From IMG/VR virus record IMGVR_UViG_3300017527_000761: 64,000 nucleotides of DNA, one strand, 5' to 3'. The position numbers were made by a program, and so were the translations under genes. The stretch comes from a virus. Position 1 is the first letter of the stretch; each line of letters begins with the position of its first letter. Positions 45,114-55,419 of the stretch are shown one piece after another. The notes under the pieces were generated by a model that saw only the letters and a list, made by a program, of their open reading frames with translations, did not search any database and was not told the origin of the DNA.

Positions 45114-46724
45114 ATGGCTTATGTAAAACCCGGAGTTGAAATTGTACAAGAAGCTAAAACAACTACTCCTGCGTTAATTACCCCAGATCTTGAAGGCGTA
45201 CTTATTGGTAATGGATACCATTGGCAAGATCCTTCTTCAGATCTATCAATTGTCGAAGGAACCACTTATGACGGACAGTCTACAGATGTTATACTTAGCG
45301 GAATTAATTCTGTTTTCTATCAAGTAGGTGATTTGGAAGAAATGGTTGTAGTAGATTTAATTACAGTTTCTGGAAACGGAATAGGGGATGTGACTCATCT
45401 AGTTTACACAGATGATTACACAGTAGCCAATGATACAGTAACTATATCAGCAAATGCAGCATACCAAAGTAATTTATACCAAATAAGAATAGGCTTTCTA
45501 GCACTTAAGAATGCTAGTGACTATGGATATAAAAATCTTTATTCGCTGGCTGATGTAGAAGAAACTATTGGAGAACCCGTATCTTGGAACCCGCTAGCAT
45601 TTGGTGCAAGACTAGCAATGTTAAATTCTGGTCGTGAAATGAATGTATTAAATGTGTCAGGGGTTGGTCAAGTAGATATGGAAAACGCTGTTGATAGTTT
45701 ACTTAGTACGAGAGAAGTGTATGCTATTGCACCAGTTACACATAATATAACTATAGGCGCAATGCAAACTCATGTAGATACACAATCATTAGCTATAAAT
45801 AAAAAAGAGAGAATTGCTATCATGAATCAGGACCTTTCAGGTTTTTGGGCAGGAACAGCTTTCTCAACAGACAACACAGAAAAAACGACCACAGCGACAT
45901 CTATAAGAGATGCAAATATTGCTTATCTTGATAGAAGAGTTGTTATTACACACCCAGATGTGGCATATATAACAGAAACTCGTCATATCAGTACAATTAG
46001 CCCGACATGGATTGCTAATAGCTTTACTGGAACTTCTGCGGGGTTTGCATCTTATGCTTTAAAAGCAAAATTTGCATTTGATGCGTTTATAAACAACAAG
46101 AAGTATAAAGCTGGTACAGAGATTACTGCTGCAATATGGGCAGAAGTCAAAGACGCTGGATGGGCAGGTGGAGATGGTATGGTAACAGTAAAAGTTCCTG
46201 TTCCTGGTTATTACTACCCAGCTATGGTAGTAGGACAAATTATTGGGGAGTTCCCAGAACAACCTTTAACTAATTTACCAACTACAGGATTAGAAGAAAC
46301 TTACGGTTCTGGCGATTATTTTAATGAAGCACAACTGAATATAATGGCTGAGGGCGGAACTTATATTATGGTTCAGACAAATCCTAGTGCTCCTATAGTA
46401 TCTAGACATCAGTTAACTACTGATATGACTCAGGTATCTAAAAGAGAATTAAGTATTGTCAAGGCTCTTGATTATGTAGCTAAGTTCATTAGAAAATCAA
46501 TGGTACCTTACATAGGTAGATATACTATTACACCGGCATTCTTAAAGCTTGTTAATTCAATATTAATTAGTATTTCCTTGTATCTGACACGAGAAGGTAG
46601 AATAGCAGATATGAAAATATTATCAGTTGCTGTTGATGATATCGCACCGGATACTATCAGAGTAACCGTGGATATTAAAGTTAAGTATCCAGTTAATTAT
46701 ATTAAAGTAACCTTACTATTCTAA
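45114..46724 (+). CDS. tail sheath-like protein (tentative)
   Basis: N-terminus MAYVKPGVEIVQEA resembles the conserved sheath N-terminus (T4 gp18 MTLLSPGIELKET). 536 aa. SD GGAGGA. Confidence 0.4.
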   Translation: MAYVKPGVEIVQEAKTTTPALITPDLEGVLIGNGYHWQDPSSDLSIVEGTTYDGQSTDVILSGINSVFYQVGDLEEMVVVDLITVSGNGIGDVTHLVYTDDYTVANDTVTISANAAYQSNLYQIRIGFLALKNASDYGYKNLYSLADVEETIGEPVSWNPLAFGARLAMLNSGREMNVLNVSGVGQVDMENAVDSLLSTREVYAIAPVTHNITIGAMQTHVDTQSLAINKKERIAIMNQDLSGFWAGTAFSTDNTEKTTTATSIRDANIAYLDRRVVITHPDVAYITETRHISTISPTWIANSFTGTSAGFASYALKAKFAFDAFINNKKYKAGTEITAAIWAEVKDAGWAGGDGMVTVKVPVPGYYYPAMVVGQIIGEFPEQPLTNLPTTGLEETYGSGDYFNEAQLNIMAEGGTYIMVQTNPSAPIVSRHQLTTDMTQVSKRELSIVKALDYVAKFIRKSMVPYIGRYTITPAFLKLVNSILISISLYLTREGRIADMKILSVAVDDIAPDTIRVTVDIKVKYPVNYIKVTLLF

Positions 46725-46735
46725 GGAGGAATAAC

Positions 46736-47470
46736 ATGGCAAGTGTAAAAACATTACAAACATGGATAGAAAAGTTTACCAGTGATCATACACAGCCTCT
46801 GGACACGACTGCGGGAGATTTCTTATCTTCAGAATCAGTTGTGTTGCTGTCAGGTCCGCCAAAATTGGATACTGCGATCACTCCTACTAACTTAATACCC
46901 ATTGGTTTGGTACAAAACGTGCAGGTGACACAAGCAAAACAAATTCAACAACTGTTTGAAATTGGCTCTAAGTTACCATTCTTTGTTCCTGGCAGAACTA
47001 CTGTACAGGTTGGAATGGCTAGAGTATTGTTTGATGGACCATCATTAATGCAGGCGCTTTACGTATATAATGAAGGAGGTGCTGACTTATATATACCTGC
47101 TACTAATGTAGCTTCAGATCAAACATCGACATCAAATCCTGGCGAACCATATAATGTTACTGGAGAAGATCCAGTACTTATTGGAACTACTACTGGTGGA
47201 TTTGATACATCAAATAACGCAGAGTTCTTTATTAATATAGCATCAGAATTCTTTAATAAACCTTTAGGTCTTGGTTGTGTATTATATGATATGCAGCAAC
47301 AAGCTTATGGTGGATTTTATCTTGAAGAGTGCTATTTACAGTCACATAGATTCTCCGCGTCAGCTCAGCAAACTGTACTTATGGAAGATGTTGGCATTCG
47401 TTGCACAGCATTACGTCCTATCAGTATTGATGAGCTTGGTGGAAGTTCAGACGGTTCAGTAGCTGTATAA
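46736..47470 (+). CDS. possible tail tube protein (by position)
   Basis: 244-aa ORF directly after the sheath-like gene, followed by a terminator. Confidence 0.3.
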   Translation: MASVKTLQTWIEKFTSDHTQPLDTTAGDFLSSESVVLLSGPPKLDTAITPTNLIPIGLVQNVQVTQAKQIQQLFEIGSKLPFFVPGRTTVQVGMARVLFDGPSLMQALYVYNEGGADLYIPATNVASDQTSTSNPGEPYNVTGEDPVLIGTTTGGFDTSNNAEFFINIASEFFNKPLGLGCVLYDMQQQAYGGFYLEECYLQSHRFSASAQQTVLMEDVGIRCTALRPISIDELGGSSDGSVAV

Positions 47471-47486
47471 AATTTAAGCTAAAAAA

Positions 47487-47515
47487 ATAGAAAGGGGGCG
47501 TAAGCCCCTCTTCTA
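47487..47515. terminator. bidirectional intrinsic terminator at the convergence of plus and minus blocks
   Basis: ATAGAAAGGGGGCGTAAGCCCCTCTTCTAT palindrome flanked by A-run and T-run. Confidence 0.55.
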
Positions 47516-48241
47516 TTGTTTAAATGCTGCGGCCATTTGTACCGGGTCAATAAATCCGTGATAGAATTCATCAACTTCGTCTATTAATTTAGGTACATTT
47601 ACTGCTGTTAAAGTTACATCGGCGGGATAACCTTCCAGTTCAGCTTCAGATGGGTGGTCAGGATCTCTATCGTCTGCGATATATTGAGAACCATCTTCTT
47701 TTGTTCTAACCACTTTTATATAATAACCACCGTTTATTCTTAAAGCATCGACTTCATTTTTAAATCTTGTGTCTGGAACTAAAATATATCCGGTTTGCAT
47801 TTCTTTAGCTAACTCAAAAGCTTTTTGCATAGTGAGATTCACCCAGTAATTTCCATCGCAGTGAGTTCGACGATAGTTAGTTCCCCAGAATTGTAGTATT
47901 TCTGGGTCTTTGTCGGTCATTCCCTGATACTCGGTTATTTTTCTTTCTGTAAATATTTTATGTAGATAAGGATCAGTCAAGTTAGATATTGCAAACCTCT
48001 CTCCAGTTTCTTTGTTTGCTAAAACTGTATAGTATGTTTTAACAGAAGTTACAAATTCTTGTAATATGAGAGGATATTTAGAATCAGCGTTTGTACATTC
48101 TTCATACACACCGTCTGCCCAACGGATTATTTCTACGTTTGAACTTACTAATTTTTCTTTTAAGTAATTGGCTGCGGTATCTTTACCATTTCTGGCTCGA
48201 TGTCCAAATCCAATTAACATTACACTAGGATAATTTACCAT
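47513..48241 (-). CDS. deoxynucleoside monophosphate kinase (T4 gp1-like)
   Basis: P-loop-like LIGFGHRARNGKDTAANYL as in phage dNMP kinases. Confidence 0.5.
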   Translation of the reverse strand: MVNYPSVMLIGFGHRARNGKDTAANYLKEKLVSSNVEIIRWADGVYEECTNADSKYPLILQEFVTSVKTYYTVLANKETGERFAISNLTDPYLHKIFTERKITEYQGMTDKDPEILQFWGTNYRRTHCDGNYWVNLTMQKAFELAKEMQTGYILVPDTRFKNEVDALRINGGYYIKVVRTKEDGSQYIADDRDPDHPSEAELEGYPADVTLTAVNVPKLIDEVDEFYHGFIDPVQMAAAFKQ

Positions 48242-48253
48242 TCTGTTTTATGA

Positions 48254-50047
48254 TTAATGTATCCAATGTTTTCCCACCTTTGCGGTTACTTCCATTGGGA
48301 CTGAATCAGCATAATGATTAAATGCTTTTACCATTTCTTCTTCGATAGCAATTTTTACTTCTTGTGTATGTTCTGGAGCAACTTCCACAAGGATTTCATC
48401 ATGAATAGCGTTCACAATTTTTGCATTATACTTACTTTTTTTAATTCTGTTATTTAATCTAACTAAAGCTAATTTAGTGGTTGACGCACCTGTACCCTGA
48501 AAAGGCAAATTTTTAGATTGATTTATTGCATGCGCAACCATAGCTTTGTTTTCCCAGTCAATACCAAATAAATCTACTCGTCTTTTATCTAAAGGTGACA
48601 CGGCATATTTATTTACTTGAACTTGCTCAACTACATCATCCATAAATTTCTTTACTTTTGTGAATACAGTAAAATATCTATTCATTAAATTTCTAGCGTC
48701 TCCATAAGGTATCTTCAAGGTTCTAGAAAGTTTTTGAGGTCCAGCACCATATAATAGTGCAAATGTGATAGCTTTACATTGATTTCTTTCTTCCGGTGTA
48801 ATATCATTATAGTCTTTTTTAAACAAAAGACTTGCTGAGAAAGTATGTAAATCTACTCCGTCTTTTAAGGCCTTTATCATTTGAGGTTCTTTACTTGCAT
48901 GTGCAAGTAATCTAAGTTCCTGTCCACTAAAATCGGCACTAATAAAATTCCAGGTTGGATCCTGAACGCAAAAAGGCGTTCTGTATGATTGATCTTTGGG
49001 AAGATTCATCATATTAGGTTCATTAGAACTCATTCGTCCAGTCTGTGCGTACAACTGTCTAAATTTAGAATGTATCCTTTTATCATGTTTATGTATATGC
49101 TCTAAAAAGGCAGTTCCATAAGTTGAAATCTTTTTTTGTTCTTTTCTATAATCAATTAAATCTGCAATTACGTTGTGTTTATCTTTATAAAATTCTAGAT
49201 ATTTTGCATCTGTACTAGCTAGTTCTAGTTGTGTTACTTCTCTAAGCCTCGGCAGCAGCTGTTTTGGGGAGTTATAGTTTATAACATGTTCTACCGAACC
49301 AAATAAGTCTGTAGATACATTAGCTTCAATATAGTATTGAAAATGCTCATCTAACTTTTCTTTGGCTTTTTGTAAACTAATTTTTGCTTGGTCTTCAAGA
49401 GGTATCCATAAATCTTTATCAAGATAAATACCATTCAAGGTCATGTCTCCTAGTACAGCTGCGGCTTCATTTTCTAAAAGATATAATTCTTCCATCTCTC
49501 TCGCTGCTAGTAAAGGAAGTATACTATTATATACGGGAATGGAGTATTGAACATCCTCTGCAGAGTATTCAATTTGTTCTTCGGTAAAAGGGTCTCCAAA
49601 ATTATGATGTTGAAAAGTTTCTCTAACCGATTTTTCCAAGATAACCCCAATATATTTTTTAACTACTGCAGCTAAAGTATAAGGATGTCCTTTTTTTCCT
49701 TGATACATTAACTGTTCTCCAAGCATGGTACATTTCATGTTAGTTAATCCAACACCAAATTTATGTTTCAGATGCATGTAGTCAAACATAGAATTATGAA
49801 GAATCTTTGCAATATTTGGTTGGTTTATCGAAGTTAAAAGTTGTTTAACTTTTTTATCTCCTATTTGTGCTACATCGAATACATATTGTCTTGTGGGGGT
49901 ACCTATCTGTATTAATAACACAAACCCTGTCAGCGGATCAAGAGAGGTCGTTTCTGTATCAATACCAATAGCGTCTTGTTGTTTCAGCCAATCTATAGCA
50001 TCTTGTACGTTTTCAGGTTTGTCTATATAATTTTGATTGCTATTCAT
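48254..50047 (-). CDS. family A DNA polymerase with 3'-5' exonuclease domain
   Basis: Exo I GIDTETTSL. Pol motif B RNQCKAITFALLYGAG. Motif C HDEILVE. Confidence 0.85.
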   Translation of the reverse strand: MNSNQNYIDKPENVQDAIDWLKQQDAIGIDTETTSLDPLTGFVLLIQIGTPTRQYVFDVAQIGDKKVKQLLTSINQPNIAKILHNSMFDYMHLKHKFGVGLTNMKCTMLGEQLMYQGKKGHPYTLAAVVKKYIGVILEKSVRETFQHHNFGDPFTEEQIEYSAEDVQYSIPVYNSILPLLAAREMEELYLLENEAAAVLGDMTLNGIYLDKDLWIPLEDQAKISLQKAKEKLDEHFQYYIEANVSTDLFGSVEHVINYNSPKQLLPRLREVTQLELASTDAKYLEFYKDKHNVIADLIDYRKEQKKISTYGTAFLEHIHKHDKRIHSKFRQLYAQTGRMSSNEPNMMNLPKDQSYRTPFCVQDPTWNFISADFSGQELRLLAHASKEPQMIKALKDGVDLHTFSASLLFKKDYNDITPEERNQCKAITFALLYGAGPQKLSRTLKIPYGDARNLMNRYFTVFTKVKKFMDDVVEQVQVNKYAVSPLDKRRVDLFGIDWENKAMVAHAINQSKNLPFQGTGASTTKLALVRLNNRIKKSKYNAKIVNAIHDEILVEVAPEHTQEVKIAIEEEMVKAFNHYADSVPMEVTAKVGKHWIH

Positions 50048-50851
50048 TTATTCAAGGTACTCTCTGAGCTGGTTTGAGTATTTATCGTCTTTTAATTTAC
50101 CAATTGTTTTTTCTTTTATTTGTCTTATTCTTTCTCTAGTTAAACCTTTGTCGACACCAATTTCTTTTAAAGTATAGGGTCTAATTTGGTCTATACCAAA
50201 ATACATTATTAAAATATCTCGTTCTCTTTCAGAAAAATCATCTAAAATATATTTTAGTTCATCTTTTATATCTTCAATTGTTATTTGCATGTCTGCTGCA
50301 GATTTATTAGGAAGTATATGATTTAGATCTTTGTCATTTTCTGTCCTTGGTGCATCTATGTCAATAATTCCATAATTATATTTAACAGCATTCGCTACTT
50401 CTTCGTTATCTGTAAGTTCTAACAATTCGTCGGTTGTTAGGCTTCTACCTAATTCTTGTTCTAATTCTTTTTTAACTTTATTTAATTTAGATAATTCCAT
50501 AATAACATTTAGAGGTAATCTTATTACTCTAGCATTATCATGAATTGCTTTCATAATTGACTGACGAATCCACCAGACAGCATAAGTTATAAATTTAAAG
50601 TTACGATCAACTTCGAATTTTTTAAAAGCTGTAATTAATCCGAAGTTTCCTTCTTGTATTAGTTCGTCCAGTGGTAACCCTTGATTTTGATATTTTTTAG
50701 CCACACTTACCACAAACCTCAAGTTCCGATTCATAAGTTCGTCATAGGCTTGTCTGTTACCAGCTTTAGCTTTATCTATAACTATTCTTTCTTCTTCTTT
50801 TGTAAAAGGAGGAAACTTTCGGATTTCTTTTAAATATTGTTCAATTGCCAT
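50048..50851 (-). CDS. sigma-70 family RNA polymerase sigma factor
   Basis: Region 2 ([41 protein letters not shown]) and region 4 HTH ([28 protein letters not shown]). Confidence 0.8.
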   Translation of the reverse strand: MAIEQYLKEIRKFPPFTKEEERIVIDKAKAGNRQAYDELMNRNLRFVVSVAKKYQNQGLPLDELIQEGNFGLITAFKKFEVDRNFKFITYAVWWIRQSIMKAIHDNARVIRLPLNVIMELSKLNKVKKELEQELGRSLTTDELLELTDNEEVANAVKYNYGIIDIDAPRTENDKDLNHILPNKSAADMQITIEDIKDELKYILDDFSERERDILIMYFGIDQIRPYTLKEIGVDKGLTRERIRQIKEKTIGKLKDDKYSNQLREYLE

Positions 50852-51091
50852 TTAACTCCCTTTTGGTTTCAAATGTTCAACGGATTTTCCGTCATCGATC
50901 ATTTCACATATAGTACATTTTTTTATCCGTTTTCTTCCATTACAATTTTCAGGGTTTTCCCAGTTATGAAATGTACGATCCCATTTTAAATCATCGATAT
51001 CCATATCAGTTTGTATATTTACAATTTCTTTAAAGTCTTTTGATTGTCGCCTGTGTTGTCTGCCATCGTCTGGCTTATTGTAAAATTCCAT
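50852..51091 (-). CDS. small Cys-cluster protein (79 aa)
   Basis: C-x7-C-x2-C (CNGRKRIKKCTIC). Translationally coupled to E1 upstream and sigma downstream. Confidence 0.4.
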   Translation of the reverse strand: MEFYNKPDDGRQHRRQSKDFKEIVNIQTDMDIDDLKWDRTFHNWENPENCNGRKRIKKCTICEMIDDGKSVEHLKPKGS

Positions 51092-51696
51092 TATAATGTA
51101 TGAATAAATTCTGCGGGGTTAGGGTCTCCACGCAACCAGTTTAAAATATAACTTACGCCATAACTTGCGGCGTGAATATTTCCACGCTGTACAATACCTT
51201 GTTCTAATTCCCAGGCATTTTGACAACTACCATCCTCAACATCTTTATCCGGCAAAGTATTCAACATAGATTTATATGTATGTTTTTTACTTTTAGTGTA
51301 TGTTGCATAAGATTTTCCTTCACTACGTAGATCAATCCAATATACTTTTGGGTTATCATTAAAAACGTAGTCAAATAGCATTTTTCTAAATTTTGTATTA
51401 TCTACAGCTGCTATTATACAATCATATCCTTCGAATACATCTTTGGTTTCTATTTTTTGGTTAATGCCTTCTTCCATTCCGTACCTAGCTGAAATTATTT
51501 CTACTTTCGGATCCAGAACATCTGATTTATTAAAGTTTTGATAAGGCAGATTTTTAGTATCTACATCATCATAATCGGCAAAAGTTATTAGTGCTGTCGT
51601 TATTTGATTTGTTTTTCTAAGGCGGTCAAGCTCTGGTGCTATCCATGAACCAATACCCCCCGCTCCAACAATTAAAATATTTTTTACTTTTTCCAT
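51091..51696 (-). CDS. ThiF/MoeB-type E1-like adenylyltransferase (compact, 201 aa)
   Basis: ILIVGAGGIGSWIAPELDRL Rossmann motif, DYDDVDTKNL, CIIAAVDN. No fused E2 or rhodanese domain. Confidence 0.7.
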   Translation of the reverse strand: MEKVKNILIVGAGGIGSWIAPELDRLRKTNQITTALITFADYDDVDTKNLPYQNFNKSDVLDPKVEIISARYGMEEGINQKIETKDVFEGYDCIIAAVDNTKFRKMLFDYVFNDNPKVYWIDLRSEGKSYATYTKSKKHTYKSMLNTLPDKDVEDGSCQNAWELEQGIVQRGNIHAASYGVSYILNWLRGDPNPAEFIHTL

Positions 51697-51736
51697 GTTT
51701 TCTATTCTCTTTAGATGCTTTAAAATTAAAAAGGTT

Positions 51737-52222
51737 TCATCTTACATACAGATACGCCCCACCGAAGCCTCTGTCACCTCTATAAGTGGCCGTAGCGACA
51801 CTTGAATCATCCGATCCTTCGTTATACCAGGCCATTAAATCATTATATAAATTTGAGTAAATCACGTATATTCCAGCATACCCAGCCCCTTCAATATCCA
51901 TTTCAGATGGAATTGGCCGCCAATAAGGATGGTTGTGAAATACACCAACAAAAGAAAGTGGTGCTTTTGGATTCATGTGTACTTGACTATTATTCAATAC
52001 CTTACTTAAAAGTTCATTTCCGTCCATCACGTAGTCAGCTACTCCAACGCCAGCTATATTTTTTATTGGAACAAAGCTGACCATTTTATATAATCCAAAA
52101 TCTTTGTCAATAACATTGCCCATTATAGCACCACAAATTTCCTTGTCTGGAGACGTCTTTGCGTATTGTATCAATTCATTTAATTGCGTATAGGTTAACA
52201 AGAGTCCATGTTTTTTGTCCAT
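51737..52222 (-). CDS. JAB/MPN (JAMM) metalloprotease-like protein
   Basis: Upstream Glu (EICGAIMG) and complete HxHx7Sx2D: HNHPYWRPIPSEMD. Confidence 0.7.
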   Translation of the reverse strand: MDKKHGLLLTYTQLNELIQYAKTSPDKEICGAIMGNVIDKDFGLYKMVSFVPIKNIAGVGVADYVMDGNELLSKVLNNSQVHMNPKAPLSFVGVFHNHPYWRPIPSEMDIEGAGYAGIYVIYSNLYNDLMAWYNEGSDDSSVATATYRGDRGFGGAYLYVR

Positions 52223-52440
52223 ATTTCCTCATTATTACTAAGTTGATAGTTTAAATGTCGTCCAAATAAACTATCAATTTCTTGTTTTAAGTTGTGTATT
52301 ATTTGTTTGATTGTTTTTCTTTCTTTTTTATGTGTTAATCTTTTTGTATATTTACCAGGTTCTTCTCCCTGTGGGTGTAATCTAGATTTCCAATATTCTT
52401 TCCCTTGATGTCCTCTTTTTTCAGCACTTATACCATTCAT
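52195..52440 (-). CDS. small basic protein (81 aa)
   Basis: K/R/H-rich ORF. 28-nt overlap with the JAB gene start. Confidence 0.35.
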   Translation of the reverse strand: MNGISAEKRGHQGKEYWKSRLHPQGEEPGKYTKRLTHKKERKTIKQIIHNLKQEIDSLFGRHLNYQLSNNEEIWTKNMDSC

Positions 52441-52464
52441 ATAAAATACCTCGATTAAATGAAT

Positions 52465-52480
52465 ACTAACGCGGGGTTTC
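52465..52480 (-). terminator. GC-rich hairpin (possible partial terminator/attenuator) inside the operon
   Basis: GCGGGGTTTCCCCCGC between the Ubl gene and downstream genes. No clean U-tract. Confidence 0.3.
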
Positions 52481-52500
52481 CCCCGCGCTTAAATAACAGG

Positions 52501-52767
52501 TTACCCTCCTACGAGAGCATTAGTTAAAATGACATACTCTGCATCTAATAATTTTTCTACAGTTAAATTATTTGGATTTTGTTGTACTCCATCAATATAT
52601 AACCATTTTTTACTATTAGCTGTTTCATTTTGTATCCTCGATAATGCTATTTCAGGGACATCTTCCCAATCATCGTGTCCTTTCGAACTTACAACTCTGA
52701 CTCTTACTTTACGTTCAAGTTGTTCCTGAAACTCTTCAATATCTAATGTTTCTTTATTTTCGTCCAT
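52501..52767 (-). CDS. ubiquitin-like beta-grasp protein (MoaD/ThiS-like) ending in Gly-Gly
   Basis: 88 aa with C-terminus ...EYVILTNALVGG-stop (compare MoaD ...DEVAFFPPVTGG). KVRVRVVSS beta-strand start. Confidence 0.55.
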   Translation of the reverse strand: MDENKETLDIEEFQEQLERKVRVRVVSSKGHDDWEDVPEIALSRIQNETANSKKWLYIDGVQQNPNNLTVEKLLDAEYVILTNALVGG

Positions 52768-52787
52768 GTGTTTAGTTGGTTAACCAA

Positions 52788-54944
52788 TCAGTTTAAAGTG
52801 TGGATATCTTGCGCTAACGCATGATCATTTGATAACGCATATAAGCGGTTTACTAGTTTATCTTTACCAACCTGAGAAGTAGATTTGTCGACTATACATA
52901 TGTATCTTCCTGAGGGGTATTCATAAACCTCGCATTTTTCCGAGTTTGCTACCACATATTGTCTAAGTTTTCCGTTTACTATATAACCCTCTCGAACAGT
53001 GATTTCATTCATTTGAATATCTTTTCGTTTTTCTAACTTGAGGGTTTTTTCTGTTTCTTCTAATAATTTTTTACTTTTATCAATAGCAGATTGAAATTCT
53101 ATTTTAGCTAATTTAAGAACACTTTTTGCGTCATCAATAGTCATACCTTCGATAACTTTATCTCCGAGCAAAAGTTCCATAATTTCGCCTAGATCACTCA
53201 TGTTCTGTGTATTTATAAGCCTGTTTGTATCTCTAACTTTATATTCGTTGTCTCCTAATACAATATACATTAAATTTTTTCTACGTTCAAGCGGTAACTT
53301 GAAAGAAAATCCTTCGTTATATCTCATTCCAGACACTTGAAAATCTACTCCTGTCTGGAGGTATCTGTGGAATTTTAGAGAACAGCTGCTTACGTTAGAT
53401 AAAAATTCATTAAAATCTTCTTGAGTTTCATAACACACCGCCCTTCTTAAACAATCCAGAATTTCCATTTTATTTATTCTGTGGTCATTCAAGTAAGTTT
53501 TTGTGCTAGTTATATTAGCTCTATTAGTAGATTCTTCATATCTAAGTGCAAAAGACACATCTCCTATTTCACCCTTTGAATTTTCTCGAGAAATGGTTCT
53601 AATAAATTCTTCAAATACCGAATCCCAATTTATATCATCAAATTTATATGCCCTACTTAAACGCAATAAAGAAGTGTATACCCAATCAGCTTTATCAGAT
53701 CGTTTTAAAATTTGTTCTTCATATTCAATAGAATCTTTTTTGATAGTCATTCCATTTAGTATTAATTTTTTACCAGCTTTTATAGTTTCTATTTTTTGCT
53801 TTAATTTAGTTTCAAGAGCCTTTTTTTCATCTTCCTCTTCTTTTTTACGTCGTATATCCTCAGAGAATTTTTTTACAGATAATTTTAATTGTGACGCGTC
53901 ATATAATTGTGTGTCATTTCCTGTAATGTGCCTTACAATCCATTGTAAGGCTTCTCTTGTAGGTAAGGTAACTTCCTCGGTAAATAAAAGTTTACCAAAC
54001 ACCCCAGTTTTAGATATAGGAATTGTAGTATAACTATAATGATTTCTACGATCTATAACACAAATTCTATCGATATCTGCATAATTAAAAAGATCATCCT
54101 CATGATTTAATAAAAATAATCGTCTGTAAGATGATTTCCTATAATGATCTTTAGTGTATAATGAAATTATTCCAAGTCTGTGATTGTCTTTTTCTAAAAT
54201 TCCTTCAATATATCCCAGAGCTTCTCCCCGATCTCCAAAATTTTCAGATAGTAGTTGTTTTTCTAAAACATCATCTTTTGTCTCTGTTTTCTTTGCTCCC
54301 GGAAGTAACCAATCACACATTTCAATTATTTTATCGAAGGAGTCGTCGAATTCTTTTGAACTATTTATAGCAAGGCCATCATTCAATTCTTCTGCTTTTA
54401 TTTTTTCAAAAATTCTTGGTCCGTTCGTAACTTCTATCAACCAGGTCAGATCATCATAAACTTCAATCCCATTGTGTTTTTCTATTTCTTCATCATTTAA
54501 TGCATGTATTTCCATTTCACTACAATAGTGCAAATTCTCTAATAATGTGTATAATTGCTCAGGCACAATTGTTTTAACTTTAATGCAATTTCTTCCACCA
54601 CCGGTTAAAAATTCTGGTCGTAGTTCAAAATAAGAGGTTGTAGTAGCAGGAAGAGTTTCTTTTCCTTCCTCCTCATCATCTTCTTCGTCGGGATGTCCTG
54701 CATGAATTTCCAATCTACCTTCCCAAGAATCAGAGACATACATAGTGTGGGTTATAGTGTTTACCCCATTATCTATTATGTGGCTTATAGTTCCCACACT
54801 AGTATTCTTGAATGGTTTTCCTAAGTCTTTTAATTTTTCAATTACCTCGTCATGGACGGAAAAAGCTTTTTGCATTTCGTCTTCTGAAAACTTAAGTTCA
54901 TACATTTCGTTGAATAGAGGTAAAGTTTGTTGTGTTACTTTCAT
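52788..54944 (-). CDS. large hypothetical protein (718 aa) co-transcribed with the Ubl/E1/JAB genes
   Basis: No motif recognised. Acidic patch HPDEEDDEEEG and several Cys. First large gene of the operon. Confidence 0.5.
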   Translation of the reverse strand: MKVTQQTLPLFNEMYELKFSEDEMQKAFSVHDEVIEKLKDLGKPFKNTSVGTISHIIDNGVNTITHTMYVSDSWEGRLEIHAGHPDEEDDEEEGKETLPATTTSYFELRPEFLTGGGRNCIKVKTIVPEQLYTLLENLHYCSEMEIHALNDEEIEKHNGIEVYDDLTWLIEVTNGPRIFEKIKAEELNDGLAINSSKEFDDSFDKIIEMCDWLLPGAKKTETKDDVLEKQLLSENFGDRGEALGYIEGILEKDNHRLGIISLYTKDHYRKSSYRRLFLLNHEDDLFNYADIDRICVIDRRNHYSYTTIPISKTGVFGKLLFTEEVTLPTREALQWIVRHITGNDTQLYDASQLKLSVKKFSEDIRRKKEEEDEKKALETKLKQKIETIKAGKKLILNGMTIKKDSIEYEEQILKRSDKADWVYTSLLRLSRAYKFDDINWDSVFEEFIRTISRENSKGEIGDVSFALRYEESTNRANITSTKTYLNDHRINKMEILDCLRRAVCYETQEDFNEFLSNVSSCSLKFHRYLQTGVDFQVSGMRYNEGFSFKLPLERRKNLMYIVLGDNEYKVRDTNRLINTQNMSDLGEIMELLLGDKVIEGMTIDDAKSVLKLAKIEFQSAIDKSKKLLEETEKTLKLEKRKDIQMNEITVREGYIVNGKLRQYVVANSEKCEVYEYPSGRYICIVDKSTSQVGKDKLVNRLYALSNDHALAQDIHTLN

Positions 54945-54963
54945 GTTGTCTGTGTTTTATTAT

Positions 54964-55395
54964 TTAATCGAAAAGTTCGCCTTTGACCGGCTTTGGTTTT
55001 TCTTCGTCAACCATTGTTGATTTCAAATCATCTTCAGTAATTTCGCATGTAGTTAATACGAGATAATTGTTTTTGTCCGGATACACAGCTAATTTTTTAT
55101 CTACGAAGTCCTTTAATTTATCAACTCCATGATATTTCATTAATTGTGCTACCGCAGACATTGGAGAAATTCCATTTTTACCAGTTGAATACCAAAGACC
55201 TTTAATATCTTTTTCTCCTTTGTAGTCTTCTATCCAGCAGTCCGAGATAGTGAATGTTCTGCCATTTTCATCTTCTACAGTAAATTCAACTTTTTCAGAT
55301 ACCTTATCTGGCATACTTACACTTTTTAACCTTATATCTTTAACCGTAACATCTCTATCTAAACTACCAATAGCTTTGTTTAAGAAGTCTTCCAT
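54964..55395 (-). CDS. hypothetical protein (143 aa), first gene of the operon
   Basis: ORF preceded by tandem 21-nt direct repeats. Confidence 0.5.
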   Translation of the reverse strand: MEDFLNKAIGSLDRDVTVKDIRLKSVSMPDKVSEKVEFTVEDENGRTFTISDCWIEDYKGEKDIKGLWYSTGKNGISPMSAVAQLMKYHGVDKLKDFVDKKLAVYPDKNNYLVLTTCEITEDDLKSTMVDEEKPKPVKGELFD

Positions 55396-55419
55396 ATTGT
55401 TTTCTGTCTGATTGTATTT

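Noticed and set aside
52788-54944. The 718-aa protein as an E2 or E3-like conjugation enzyme
   Set aside because: No HPN/UBC-like motif with a following catalytic Cys context and no RING/HECT-like Cys-His pattern was found. Function left open.
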